NCBI GenBank assembly: GCA_035221665.1
Contig: CM069131.1
Coordinates: 84,444,001 to 84,508,000, forward strand
Origin: Okamejei kenojei
Taxonomy: Eukaryota
Direction of reading: 5' to 3'
Length of the DNA stretch: 64,000 bases
The first letter of the stretch is position 1. Every line of letters begins with the position of its first letter. A program made the translations under genes and the position numbers. Below the pieces are notes generated by a model. The model was not told the DNA's origin. It saw only the letters and a program-made list of their open reading frames with translations, and did not search any database. Shown piece by piece: positions 1 through 13,329 of the stretch.

Positions 1-1090
1 ATCACATCTACTTGAAGTAACGACGGCTAATTGGAAATTTTTTATATATTCCGGTCGAGATTTATCCCGGGAAATCAAAAATTGCCTTTCTGAAAATGTC
101 ATGCATTATTTCTCGAGTTATTTATGAAGATGTTCACAAATCTCAAATAAGTTAGAAAATAAATGAGATGGTTTCGCTGATGATGTCACAATGGATCTGA
201 CTGCCTGCCTCTGCTCGCGCGGCGAGTGATGTCACCCCTGTTATGTCTTCTGTACTTCTTGGCTTCTTAACTTTCACTTCTTTAAATTTGTCACTTAGTG
301 TTTTTAAACTACTGCTCAGGTCGTGCTGCGTGCTCCACTGGGCTCCTTGAAGTCCTAGAACATGGCAGCCGTTATCACTGCACGGGCACGGGTGAGGGGA
401 AGCGCGATGGGAAGGTGACTGTGGTGGCCATTACTCCCTCTGGGAGAGGCCGTCTATGGAGACCTGCGATTCCTCCGTCGATCGCAGGGACTCAGGGAAT
501 CTTGACGCCTTTTTCTCACTGGTGATCCCGATCCCACCTGGCGATATCTGGCTGTCACAGAGGACGATCTCCTCTCCGTCTCCCCTACCAGATCATCTGT
601 CACGCGGGTGGTTGGGCTTCCCCTCGCGGAAGACACGATCGACCGGTCCGCCGCTGCTTTTGACTGTCCTCAGATCGCTTTGGGCCTCGCTTGGGTCCAC
701 ACCTGCCGCAGCCTCGCTCGGGCCCGGTGCCTGGTGGGGAGGCTGCTGCTCTACGACCTGGGTAGGTGCTGCCTCTACCCCCTCCCCCTCCCTCTCTACC
801 CCCTCCCCGGGACAGAGAAAGAGGGAGAGGTGGGGAGCGAGGGGGGGTGGAGGGGGCGGAGGGAGGGGGGGAGAGGGGGCGGAGAGGGGTGTGGACGGAG
901 AGATGGAGAGGGGGAGGGGGGAGGAGAGGGGTTGAGCAGAGGGGGGGAGCAGGGGGGGAGAAGAGGGGGGGAGGAGAGGAGAGGGGTGGATGAGGGGGAG
1001 GGGGGCCTCGCTCGGGTACACACCTCCCCTGTGAAGCCGTGCGCCCCCACCCCTCAATCTCTAACCCCTCCCTCTCCCTCTTTTCTCTGG
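1..1090. other. GC/CpG-rich unclassified segment, probably part of a transposable element
   Basis: CpG-rich against an AT-rich background. Minus-strand low-complexity ORFs (Pro/Ser/Arg-rich, e.g. RKRRQDSLSPCDRRRNRRSP) have stops and no recognisable domain. Confidence 0.3.
778..1005 (+). repeat. Low-complexity C-rich then G/A-rich tract (G-quadruplex potential)
   Basis: ccctccccctccc... followed by about 190 nt of gggggag/gaggggg runs. This tract accounts for the spurious Pro/Gly ORFs here. Confidence 0.9.
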
Positions 1091-1499
1091 TATGACTGTA
1101 TGGTAAAATCAAATTTCACTGTACCTTAAATGGTACCTAGGACAATAAAGGACCATTGAACCATTGAAATTACTGAGCTTCTCAATTTTCCAGTTCTGAT
1201 GAAAGGTCTTTGAACTGCAAAATTCTTAATCTCCCTTGAAATGAGAAGCTTTCCTGCTTTACTTTATTAGCTTGGTTGAGACCTGCGAAGAGAATGTTGC
1301 TGGTCATTCTCTACAGAATTGTCATCCATAGTTAAGCAATATCTGACCTGTGTTGGGTCACTGTGACACATTGCATGTCTCCTGGAAAAGTGGGATCCAC
1401 AGCCATTATGTGAGTTCCTAATTGCTTGTACATTAACGATTCATGTACAAAGTTACTCAAATGCCTCTGCACAACAATCTTACACCATTTAATAATATC

Positions 1500-1925
1500 A
1501 TACTTAACTGTTTTTTCTACCTAAGTGAATGACCTCACGTTTTTCCATATTCAAAGGTTTCAAAAGTTTCAAAGGTCTTTTATTGTCACATGTACCAATT
1601 AAGGTACAGTGATATGCGAATTACCATTCCATATTCCATATTATTGCCCGATCACTTAGCCTGTCTTGAAGTCTCCATGCATCCTCCTCACAATTCGCAC
1701 TGCCATCCAACTTTGTATCTTTAACTCACTTGTATAGATTACATTTTTCCCCCTTATCCAAATTAAAGTCATTGATTGTAAACATCGGGGACCCCAGCGC
1801 AGATCCAGCTGGCACTCTGGCACTGGCACCAGTCATACATCTTAACACAAAAAGTACATGTTTTTTCTGATCACCAGTTAACCAACCCTTAATGTACAGC
1901 ATTACTCTCAAACCCATGTGCTCTA
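1500..1925 (-). mobile_element. Old degraded CR1 LINE RT fragment
   Basis: gatgacctcac, ctgccatccaactttgtatc and ccatgtgctctaatt resemble the RT segments of the younger CR1 copies at 15.4-15.8 kb. Confidence 0.6.
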
Positions 1926-2621
1926 ATTTTATTTTAATTGTATCGGATTGAGTGGAATGGAATTATAAGCAAAAAAAAAGGAAATCCCACCCCCCCATCA
2001 CATTTCTGGCCAGTTCCGCTTTAGAATCAGTGACCAACATTATCTCAGGAGGTGGAGACTAAAATTAAGTATTTTTGTCCCATTTGCCATTTTAACTCTA
2101 GGCTGCATTATGTAAATAGTTCACTGATCACCATCATCAACTCACACAACTTTAATGGGAAGTTATTGATTTAAAGCTGACTATTTCTCCGCGGTGTCAG
2201 CCAAGCCTCTCTGTAAACCACCCTGCGTCCTGTCAACTCCACCTTATCTCCCATCTACCCCAATAAATGTCTCTTGACCAGGTCCAACTTCATGTCAGCC
2301 GGCATGATCCTCTCTCCCCCCCCCCCCCCCCCCCCGTTAATCTTTCAATGTGCCCGACTGCTTTCAGGAATAAGAAAAAATGTAAAATCGGTTATGTCAT
2401 GAAATCTTACAGTTATTATTGAAGCCTATGTTCGGGTGCAGAAACCTATGTTGGGGTGCAGGGGGGGGGGGGGGGGGGTGGGGAGAAAAAGCAAAGAGAG
2501 CAACAAAATGCACTTATCTTCACATGACATCCTATTTGCTTTCTGCTGTTTCACACACCTCAGCACCATTTCAAATGGGTGTATTCATGTTTGGCAACCC
2601 ATCTACCATTTCCTGGTGGAA

Positions 2622-2820
2622 GCAAGGAACTGTAGATGCTGGTTTATACCAAAAATAGACACAAAGTGCTGGAGTAATTCAGCGGGTCAGGCACCATCTC
2701 TGGAGAAAATGGATAGGTGACTTGATGGGTCGGGACCCTTCTTCAGACCGTATCGTCACCCATCCTTTTTATACAGAGATGCTGCCTGACCCACTGAATT
2801 ACTCCAGCACTCTGTGTCTA
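2622..2820. mobile_element. Penelope-like terminal repeat, inverted (fold-back) pair
   Basis: aaggaactgtagatgctgg...acccttcttcagac is followed by its partial reverse complement gtcacccatcc...ttactccagcac. Confidence 0.8.
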
Positions 2821-3875
2821 TTGCTACTTCCTGGTGTAGTGATTGTTATTTTTTACAGTCCCATAAATGATTATTTAAATAAACACCTGCTGAATTGTAT
2901 TCACCAACACCATTTAGACCAACCGGCAATACAGGCAGGTAAGGCTTTGTCATATTTTTATTTTCCTGAAAATAAGAATACCTTCCTCAAATTGGCAATC
3001 TTTTGGGAAAATCTGGGTTGATTTAGCTCCAGGTACCAACTTAGTCTACAGTTACCAGGAAGAGAAGGAATCTTCCTCAATTATGGTTCTGATTTCCAGT
3101 TGGTTGTTCAAGTTATCTTTTGCTGGTAACAACATGGGAAACATTTACTATGAAGAAGGAAATATTTTTAATTACTTTATAATGTTTACTGAAAAGAGAC
3201 ACATTTTCAGAGGGAAAATTTGTCCTCCAGGATTATATTTTTCTTGAAACCCATGTGATTTTAGAAGCAATTAAAATCTCCATGAAGTGCCACAGTGAAG
3301 AATTTCAATCATTTTCACTCTCGTGAGGGTGAATTCACCTTGGATAGTAAATGAAAATGGATTGACTTAGAGTTTTCCATGTTCTTTTGTGTTCGAATAG
3401 TTTAGTTTTAAAGAAGGGACAGTTTGAGTGGAATTTTATTGCTGCAGAATTTAGACAGACGATTATCTGTCATGTTCACCCTGGTTGGTGTGAATTAAAG
3501 TAACCAGCAATTTATCAAATTGTTACACAGTTGGGCATCCTAAATTTGCACATATTAGTCAATACAATTTAAATGTTTTAAAAAATAATTTGAGAATGTG
3601 ACAGTTATAAAATGCGCACATGTAATACTGATAGATGTGGAAATAGCACACACAATAATTTCATCGTTAATTACCTTTATTAACCATTCATGGTGGTATG
3701 TGGCTACACACAGCCAGCATGTTATGTTCTGATGACTTCAATGGAAGTTAATGTGCAGGAAATGAGTACAAATAATAATTGATATTCTGGCTGGTAGTTA
3801 GCTTAAGCAATTAAGGATGATTTTTTTTCCCCCATTCAATTAATTATTCCAAATGAAACAAACCTACTCTATACC

Positions 3876-4580
3876 ATGTGTAAGAAGGAACTGCAGATGC
3901 TGGTTTACACCGAAAATAAGTCAAAAAGCTGGAGTAACTCAGCGGGACAGGCACTATCTCTGGATAGAAGGAATGGGTGACGTTTTGGGTCGAGACCCTT
4001 CTTCAGACTGTGAGTCAGGGGAGAGTGAGATACAAAGATAAGGAAGGGTAAGGTGTGAAAATGAGGTGTCAAAAGAGATGGAGATAGTTGTTACAAAAGA
4101 AAAATGTAACAACAAAGCAAATAGAGATAAAACTCCCCAGGTCCTTTCCCCTGCAACCGCAGGAGATGCAACACCTATCCCTATACTTCCTACCTTGACT
4201 CTGTCCAAGGACCATCACTTGAACCTCATCTACTGTATCCGCTGTTCCTGCTGTGGACTCATATATATTGGCGAGACCATGCGCAGACTTGGCGATCGTT
4301 TTGCTGAATACTACCACTCAGTCTGCCTAAACCTACCTGATCAGCTGTTTGCTAAACACCCTAACTTCCTCTCCCATTCTCACACTGACCTTTCTGTCCT
4401 GGGTCTCCTCCATTGTCAGAGTGAGGCCCAGCGCAAATTGGAGGAACAGCATGTCATATTTCGCTAGGTAAGCTTAAACCCCAGCGGTATGAATATTGAC
4501 TTCTCTAACTTCAACCCGAAATGTCACCCATTCCTTCTATCCTGAAATGCTACCTGTCCCAGCATTTTCTGTCTATCTTC
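3876..4580 (+). mobile_element. Penelope-like retroelement 3' fragment (GIY-YIG endonuclease) with inverted 5' terminal repeat
   Basis: ORF 4066-4467 contains NLIYCIRCSCCGLIYIGETMRRLGDRFAE...RKLEEQH. An inverted terminal repeat lies at 3876-4125. Confidence 0.9.
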
Positions 4581-4689
4581 TCTGTACCATCAACGGTTAA
4601 GGAATACCATGTTGATAATAGCACATGAATGTTTATTTTAAACATTGTCATAAAAGGATACAGCATGGATTTGACCCTTTATCACTTTG

Positions 4690-4990
4690 ACACTGCACAA
4701 CACTTTTTTTTTACAATAATCCAATTCTCATCCATTTAATTCTCCTCACATTGTCATCACCTTGCCACCCCCTAAATTCTACCACTCATCTACACACTGG
4801 GAGCAGTTTACATTACACTCTGGATCCCATCAAAAAATCAATCTCATCTACCATTTTAATTAGACCATCTGCACATCTTTGGGATGTGGGAGATAAACGG
4901 AGCACATGGAGTTAACCCATATGGTCACATCGAAAATGTGCAAGCTTTGCTTGGACAGCAATGGAGGTCAGGATCAAAATGGAGCCTCTA
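4690..4990 (-). mobile_element. Degraded HE1-like SINE
   Basis: ctacacactgggagcagtttaca...catctttgggatgtgggag...atggtcaca resembles the intact SINE copies in this window. Confidence 0.6.
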
Positions 4991-5825
4991 TGTTGACCTG
5001 ACATTCTTTGCAAATTCAAGACATGGTTTGGATTGTGTAGCCTTGCATAAAAAAAGTCACTCAACCATCCATGGTCCAACCACACTCCTGCAATCTGAAT
5101 CTTGCCTCTCCTTCGTAGTCCATTGTGATCCTCCTAGTGACTTATGAGGTCCCAGTATTCACAACTATCAATGTTGTAATTGTAATTGTAATTAATTTAT
5201 TAGCCAAGTATGTGAAAATACAAGGAATTTGATTTGCCAACAGTCATACAAAAAAACAGCAAGATACACAACCACATAAAATTAAACACAGACTTAAACA
5301 GCCACCACAACGGCGTGTGAGAATCCCCAGGGCACACTTGCTATCCCCTTGCTATGATCATGGGCCTAATTTAACATGACTGGTACATGAATTTGGGAGT
5401 TGCTCCATCCATGTTGCAATGGTGAAGCATGCAAAGGCCTTTAAAAGTGCAAGTTCTGCACACAAGACACCTTGGGCCATGGTTCTCGTGTGCTGTAAAA
5501 TGTATAAATGTTTATTGACCAGTTCTGCAGTGCCCTGTTTACATGCCTTTACAAGTGGCATTCAGTTTTGAGAGGGTTATTCTATTCTATTGTATTAATA
5601 ATGTCTCAAGACTATTTAAACACAGGTAATAAAATACATTATTTAATCAATCAAGCATTCTCCTTCTATACACTCTGGACCCCATCAAGAAATCAATTTA
5701 ATCTACCATTTTAATTAGACAAATTGTAGTTAAAAAAAACCCATTATCAAGATGTCAAAAACAGTCACACGGATTAAAGGAATCAGACATGAAAAAATAA
5801 ACAAAAGATAACAAAGAACATGTTA

Positions 5826-6212
5826 CAGATAAGCACAAAAAGCTGGAGTAACTCAGCGAGACATGCAGCATCTCTGGAAGAAGGAATGGGTGACGTTACG
5901 GGTCGAGACCCTTCTTCAGTCTAGTTACGGAAAATGGAAACAAGATATAGACGATGATGTAGAGAAATAAAGAACAAAGAATGAAAGATATGAACAAAGA
6001 ATCAGGCCATTATCAGCTGTTTGTTGGGTGAAATTGAGGTTGGTGTGACTTGGGTGGGGGTGGGGTAGAGAGAGAGAGGGAATGCCGTTGTTACTTGAAG
6101 TTAGAGAAATCAATATCTGTGAAGTTAGAGAAATTATACCACTGGGCTCCCAAGCGAAATATGTTCCAACTTTTTGTGTCTATCTTCGGTTTAAACCAGC
6201 ATCCTTCCTACA
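5826..6212. mobile_element. Penelope-like 3' end with inverted terminal remnant
   Basis: gctggagtaactcagcg...gggtcgagacccttcttcag...acttgaagttagagaaatcaat, then the plus-strand tail ttttgtgtctatcttcggtttaaaccagcat. Confidence 0.8.
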
Positions 6213-7032
6213 CATTACAGATAAATGTCAGAATGTAAACATGTGTACGTATATTTTCATCATAACCCATAATAATTACAAAAGAATAGATAAAACTATA
6301 TGACTAATTACTTTGGTGATGGTAATGCCACGTTAATCTTATTACATGAAGCGTGTGCCACCTTCAAAAATGAAGTGACTGCAATACTTTTCAACATCTT
6401 AATGTTTAAGCATATTTTTACTTTTCTGCATTGCTTTGCTTTCAGATTTACAATTTATTTTGGCTGCTGAAGTCAGAAAGAGGATGGAACTGGAAGGATT
6501 TTCCAAAGGGACATGGTACTCACGACCAGGCAGCCCCAACCATTAGTTTATGGATCTTTGCTGTGAAATCTTGAAGACAAGTCTATGATTTACTCTGAAC
6601 ACGTTTGAGTGGTAACAACTTGCAGAAAAGCGATGGGAAGGTGCTGATTTTGCATCTGTTTGGTGAACAATTGACTAACAGGCCAATATATTATATTCTG
6701 AACCAAATTGCAGAATATTAAACACACTCGCCATGCTAAAATTTCATAAAATATCGGAAGAACATATTCAGGCATGGGTATTCTATCTTTAAAATCTAGC
6801 AGAACAGCTTGAAATTAGTCTCTCACCTGTCAAGGTTGCCTCAAAAGTAGCATGCTCTCTGCCGATCACATGTTTGTGGGTTAGAGCCCCAGTGTTGAGC
6901 ATATATGTATGCTGACTCTTTAGCACATTATTGGGTGCTCTTCATGGTAGCTTACTGTGCAAATTGGCTGCCAGATTACCTACAGTATGATGGCGGCTAA
7001 CTGTCAAAAATAAATAATTGGCTATGAAGTTA

Positions 7033-7400
7033 TTTTTTAAATCAAAAAATGTATTCAATTATTAAAAATAATATTTACAATACAATAAAACAAAACAGAA
7101 CCCACCACCATAATACAAGACAAACACATATACTAAATAATCTACTATACAACTATCTTACAATCCTTGTTAAGGATGCATTCAACCCCCCCCCCCCCCC
7201 CCCCCGATGCGCAGCGATCTCGGAAATCCCCCAGGGTGCCCGTGGACAGCGCGTAGCCCCTCTCTAACACCACCCGGGCGTGGACGTAAACCCAGAAATG
7301 GGGCAGGCAGCCAGCTCGTGCAGAGCCCTCTTCCACCTGGCGCCATGACTTGCGATGGCCAGCTTGGCCAGACCCAGGAGCAACCCAACCAGGACATCCT
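7033..7400 (-). mobile_element. Tx1/L1-clade LINE ORF2 C-terminus and 3' UTR
   Basis: Minus strand reads EDVLVGLLLGLAKLAI / CLPHFWVYVHARVVLERGYALSTGTLGDFRDR...VECILNKDCKIVV*, followed by a T-rich UTR. Confidence 0.75.
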
Positions 7401-7456
7401 CAGGTCACTATGAAGTTCTTAGGAAGCACTTTCATGTAAAATAACATTTTTCTCAT

Positions 7457-7535
7457 TTACTGACTTTGGGTGAATTTGGATTTACTGAGTTTTGGTGAAT
7501 CTGGATTTACTGAACTTGGGTGAATTTGGTTGACT
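7457..7535 (+). repeat. 25-bp tandem repeat x3
   Basis: Unit approximately tttactgactttgggtgaatttgga. Confidence 0.85.
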
Positions 7536-8339
7536 AAATTTTGCTGTCTGAAACATTGCTTTATTGTGCCAGTCTAACAGCATGGAGCATGGAAATTCTT
7601 ACAACAGTTTGTTCAGCAAAAGCTACATATTCTGTGCTTGTAGATGATATGGAATTGACGGGAGGGCGTTCCAGCCTCCCCAGACATGTCCACATCCCCA
7701 GATGCCATCAAAGAATAAAGTTGATGATCACATCTCTCTAGAGTCATGTTAATCTATTTAGCTCTGATATTTGATTATCAAGCCTGCCACAGAAGTTTGA
7801 ATCATTTCTGCATTGTAGATAACTTGGTCCCAAAGGGATCCCACTTATTGTACTCTCAAGGAGGATAACAATTGCTTGTCAGCCGATTGACAAGTATGGG
7901 TTCAATTTTATCGAAGACAGTAATCCCTGAAGGTTGCATGGTGAGAAGTACAGTGAGGAATGTTTATATTAAAATGTATTTTGTGTGCTCTGTTGATTTT
8001 TATTTGTATGACTGACTTGGCAATTGAAATTCCTCGTATGTTGCAAAACATATGTGGCTAATAAAGTATTAATGTATTGTATTGTTTTGTATTGTCAGAG
8101 AGTTATAGAGAGATACAGTGTGGAAACAGTCCCTTCGGCCCAACTTGCCCACACCGGCCAACTTATCCCAGCTACACTAGTCCCACTTGGTATAGCATTT
8201 GGTATAGAGTGATGTTGTGATAGCGTGATATAGACAGTGCTGCCTCGAAAGGTCGAATGGCCTACTCCTGCACCTATTGTCTATTGTCGACTGTTCGATA
8301 ATCTGTGATATGCCAAACAGTTTGATGTTCTAGATATCA

Positions 8340-9545
8340 GTATTGTTCTAGATATGAACGTATTGTTCATCGACTACTGCATGGTGTTCAACTCTCTAAA
8401 CTTACACCAATATCGGGGAACTGGGTCTTTGCTCATCCCTATTCAATTGGAGTCTCGACCTCCCCATCGGCACACCTCAATCTGTACAAATTGGCAATAG
8501 CACTTGCTCTTTGCTGACTATCAGCACGGAGGCATCTCAAGGCTGTGTGATCAGTCTCCTGCTTTACTCCCTCTATACCCACGACCATGTAAGCAGACAC
8601 AGCTCTATTGCCATTGAAGCAATGGCCAGGAAAGCACACCAAAGACTCTACTTCCTGAGAAGGCTTAGGATGTTCAGCATGTCCCCAACAACACTCACCA
8701 AGTTCTACAGATGCGCCGTAGAAAGCATTTTATCAGGATGCATAACAGCATGATTTGGGACCAGTTCCATCCAAGACCATAAGAAATTGCAAATATTGTG
8801 GACGCGACCCTGACCATCACATAAACTGACCTCGCTTCCATTGACTCCATTTACACTTCACGCTGCCTCAGCAAGGTCACCAGCATAATCAAGGACAAGT
8901 TGCATCCTGGCCACTCCCTCTTCTCCCCTTTCAGGGACAATTTCTTCCCAGGTGTTATCAGGCAACTGAACCATCCTACCAACAACTAGAGAGCAGTCCT
9001 TAGCTACTATCTACCTCATTGGCAACCCTCGGATTATCCTTGATCAGACTTTACTGGCAATACATTGTCATATATCTGTACACTGTGGCAGGGGTGGAAA
9101 ACCCGGGGGGGGGGGGGGGGGGGGGGGCAAAGGGGACACGTCCCCTCCATGTTTTGAGAGGTGGGGGACATCTCCCCCAGGTTTTTGTAATACGGATTTT
9201 AAAATCTCCGCTTTCTGCGAGACAGTGGAGGTGGGACTGCTGATCGAGGACGTCGATTGGATAAGAGAGACATCAGTCAACAGGCAATGAGGGCGGGACT
9301 TGATGTGGGTGAGTGTGCGCATGCGCTTGTGGGTGTGAGTGCGCGCATGCGCATGTGTGGGTGAGTGCGCCAAAAATTTGTGTCCCCCGTCCCCTCCATG
9401 TTTTTATAGCGAGTTCCGCTCTTGCACTGTGGAAGGCTCGATTATAATCGTGCATTGTCTTTCCACTGACTGGTTAGCACACAACAAAAGCTTTTCACTG
9501 TACCTCAGTACACATGACAATAAACTAAACTAAACTAAACTAAAT
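8340..9545 (+). mobile_element. Rex1/Babar-like LINE 3' fragment, interrupted by a hAT MITE
   Basis: [16 protein letters not shown] and [13 protein letters not shown]...[16 protein letters not shown]; tail acaataaactaaactaaac. Confidence 0.85.
9089..9424. mobile_element. hAT-type MITE
   Basis: Perfect 8-bp TSD CACTGTGG (9081-9088 and 9425-9432). Imperfect TIRs CAGGGGTGGAA / TTCCGCTCTTG. Confidence 0.85.
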
Positions 9546-9569
9546 ATTTATTAAAATGCTGCTGATACC

Positions 9570-10345
9570 ACCATTGCTAGATGAATAATGGGTAATGATG
9601 AGTCAGAGCATAAGAAGGAGATTGATAATCTGATTGAATGGAGTGCATACTGACTGGTTGCATCATGTGTAGGAAGGAACTGCAGATGCTGGTTTACACC
9701 AAAGATAGACACAAAATGCTGATGCAACAGCGGGTCAGGCAGCATCTATGGAGAAAAGGAAATAGTGATGTTTCATGTTGAGAACCTTCTTCAGACTGAG
9801 AGTCAGGGGAGAGTGAAACTAGAGGTATGAAAAGGTACAGAACAAATCAGAGCCAGATAGCATCATGGCCCAGTTTGGCAACTTGAACAGCCTAGGAATG
9901 AAGGAGGCTGCAGAAAGTTGTAAACATTTCCTTGTCCATCACAGGTATTGACATCCCCACCATTGAAGGAATCCACAAGAAGTGCTGCCTCAAGAAGGCA
10001 GCCAATATCATCAAAGACCCACATCACTCTGGTAACACTCGCATTTCACTGCTACCATCGAGAACCAGGGACAAGAGCCTGAGAGCCGTTACTCTCCAAG
10101 AACAGATTCTTCCTATTAACCACCAGGCTCTTTGAACCACACTGCATAAACCTACTTCAGCACCAAACTATTATGGACTTTGTATAGGTTTGGCCAGGTA
10201 TTTTGGTTTTCAATTTTTATACTCTGATTACTGGGTATCTGTTAATTTATTGCATTATTGTTTATTGAATATTATTTTGTTTATTTTAATGAGCCTGTCA
10301 GCAAGGAAGAATTTCATTGTTCTGTCCCAGTGCATATGACATTTA
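9570..10345 (+). mobile_element. Rex/Babar-like 3' fragment with a Penelope terminal repeat inserted at about 9666-9855
   Basis: PTIEGIHKKCCLKKAANIIKDPHH; inserted aggaaggaactgcagatgctgg...ccttcttcagactg. Confidence 0.75.
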
Positions 10346-10799
10346 ACCACTCTTGACTTTTGTCCTTTGATCTGCTTCCTCATTTACCTGACCTCCAATT
10401 AGGATCATAAACTTCCCTTCCTCCATCCCGGTGCCTCCCTCAGTTCTCCTTGACTCAGCCATGCTCCAGATCGCCTGCAGGCCAGTGGCTTTTCCTCCTG
10501 ATCGCGCCGCCCACCCGACCGCCATGAGGCCGAGACCTATTGATGTTCACCACCTCCCCTGCCGGTCCCAGTCCCAGCCAAGCGACTCCGAACTTCACAA
10601 CCCCTCCCTGACCATGCACAGGGTGGGACAGACCGACACCACCGCCGACCCTTACCTGCACTCTGGCAGCCCGTGGGCCGGAACCACTAACTCCACCAAT
10701 CTGGCAGATCGGAGCCATCATCATAACTGGGTACCAGACCCAGTTCCAAACTGGGTGCCTCCATGCTGCCAGCTCCAACTGCGTTATGTGGACTGACTC

Positions 10800-11125
10800 C
10801 TGTGTTCTACCATTTCCCCCTCCTCCTCCAACAGGCAACTTCAATACTGACAGCACAGGGTACTGCTGCCCTTCCCCCCTATTCCAACCTCTTCTACCTT
10901 TTGTCCCACATCTGTGGCCTTTGTCCAACCATCTGCCTATCAAACCCCCTCTCAGCCTATTACCTGCCTGTTCTGTCCTGCACTTTTGCCCTTCCAGCTT
11001 TCTTCCCCCCTCCCTACCCTCCCCCACAATCAGTCTGAAGAAGGGTCCCAACCCAAAAAAACGTCACCTATCCATGAACCCAGAGATGCTGCCTGATGCA
11101 CTGTTAGTCCAGCACTGTGTTTATT
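10800..11125 (+). mobile_element. Penelope-like terminal repeat
   Basis: Pyrimidine-rich stretch, then cagtctgaagaagggtcccaaccc...acgtcacc...cagagatgctgcctga. Confidence 0.75.
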
Positions 11126-13329
11126 TTTAATCCACTTTGTTGCTTTCACTGCCTCATCCTCAGATATTGAACAACAAGCGGGTGAAGGTTCAAGCCTTCT
11201 ATCGCTGAACAGCTTCTCACTTCATCATATTTTACTTACTGATGGTCTTGATATGGGTTGTGAAGCATTTGAGAACATTACTCATTTCTACGGGTTCTGA
11301 CGCATGACCTGAATGACAGCTACGTAATATGGCATGAGCTTAACATGCATCAAATCTTTTCTGTTATTGAGGAGAGATGAAAAAGACAAAAGTAGTACAA
11401 GGCCAAAGTTGGAATCCATGCAAACCTTCGGATATGGATGTGAATTAATTGGGTTTCTTAATTTATCATTAACAATGAATTAAGAATTTCCAGTGATCTA
11501 ATTTGTGTGATACAGTATGTGATTGCATTTACTGTTATATAACTTCCTTCATTGTCCATAAACCATGTTAGAACATTTATCCATGCTTTTGACAGTCAAC
11601 AAGTCTAAAATGTTTATTAAGACAACACAGCTACCAAAATAAAATCTTCATAAAATTCTTAACTTACCATCTGAGCTGATTCATTACAACAGCCTTCTGA
11701 GAATTAATTGATTTTTAAAAATATTTGCAACATGTAATGTAGAACTTGCTTCCTGTTTTATTTTACGCTTTCAATGCACTGCACCAGAAGGCAATTAACA
11801 ATATATATTCAATATTCTAACATAAAAATGATACTACTAGTGAAATTATAATAAACGGCATTCTTATTTGTAATGCTTTTTTTTAATTTTCATGCTGCTG
11901 TGGTGCTCTGAGGAAACTTGTCACTTTCAATCAATATCAAGGAACTGTTCCACCAGTTTTACATGTTTCTCAGGTAGAACCGAATATCATTGATCAATAC
12001 CTTTTAAATCTTTAAACGTGCATTTTCTTTGTCAGCACACAGATATAGCAAGCAATCTGAAATGTGAGTATTACATCAATGATCAAAGGTAGTGAACCAT
12101 TATCTCTTTTTATTTTATCGTAAGCCAAAGTTATTTAACGGCAAACAATTTCAGCTTTTGCCACTATCATTGCTAGGTGTAGTATAATTTATTTTTCAAA
12201 GGTAGCTCAACGAGGCAGAAGTAAATTGATATAACCTTTATGGAAGCAATAGTACTTCACGCATGTCGGTCTTGATATGTATCAAAATCTCAATGTAAGA
12301 AAAAACTGACAGTGAATTACAATTTTCAAATGTTTTTGACATATTAATTGTTAGTTATTTAAAGATACTATTTGGTATGACACTCACAACAGTGTTTATA
12401 AAACTGAACAGGAGACAATGCGTTAATGGTTTTTATCATACAAGGTGCAATCATGTATTTGTAGGCTATTGCATATGACTAATACTTGTATTTCCTAGAA
12501 AAAAATGTTATGCTGAATTTCTATTGAAAATGAAGCCGCAAACAATTTCTGCGTTAACCACTTAGGAATATTGTTTTGATTTTACAGATGAATAAGAAAG
12601 CTTTTATTTTTTTTTAACAACAGTTTTCTCTGGTGTAAAATGACACGTTTTCAACATTATGTTCTGTGTTCCTTGGTTCTTAAACAAAATCTCATGTCAT
12701 TCCTTAATAAAATCTGATAATTTGAAGTTACCACAAAAAATATATATTTAAACACAGACATTTTTTAAATGCTGCTTCTTCTAGTCTACATACTAAAATA
12801 GGCTTAGAATCATTGTCCATTTCCATTACAGGGACATAATTATCTTCTCAAATAATGCAAATTACATTCTACAGGACTTTGATGAAAGCTTCTTCATTCA
12901 CAATGTAATTAACGTATCTACATATTGGTCACTATTTCAGAACTTGTAATTATTTTACATTTATTACGTATCAATTGGATTTTTGAAATTAATATTTGTC
13001 TAAAGTCAACATTTATCAGAATGGATAAAATACTTGCTTATTCTACATCAATGTCTTAATTGTAAAACTGAAAACCTCTTCCAGCTGATAAAAAAAAAAA
13101 AATACAGCAATGTCCTATGCTGGTCCTGATGCTGCTCTTGGAGGTTGCAGTGATACCCAAGGCCTCGCTTTGTGTTTAATTATTTTTAGGCTCTGCATAA
13201 CTGCAAGGAAAAAATCTGGACCTGATGTCTGCAGTTATGAATGTTTCTTTTTTTTGTTCATTGTTAGTCAGTCGGCAATTGCTAACAAAAACCTATTGCA
13301 TTTGCGAGAGACTCTGAAGTATCTTCTGA

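Noticed and set aside
456-1129. Long overlapping Pro/Gly-rich ORFs
   Set aside because: They arise from the G/C low-complexity tract, are open in many frames, and show no domain.
6446-6546. Strong-looking acceptor followed by LQFILAAEVRKRMELEGFSKGTWYSRPGSPNH*
   Set aside because: Peptide not recognised and no partner exon found. A nearby minus-strand exon candidate has stops in all frames.
10431-11051. 121-198 aa ORFs in a GC-rich stretch
   Set aside because: They run into a Penelope terminal repeat and show no domain; probably repeat-derived.
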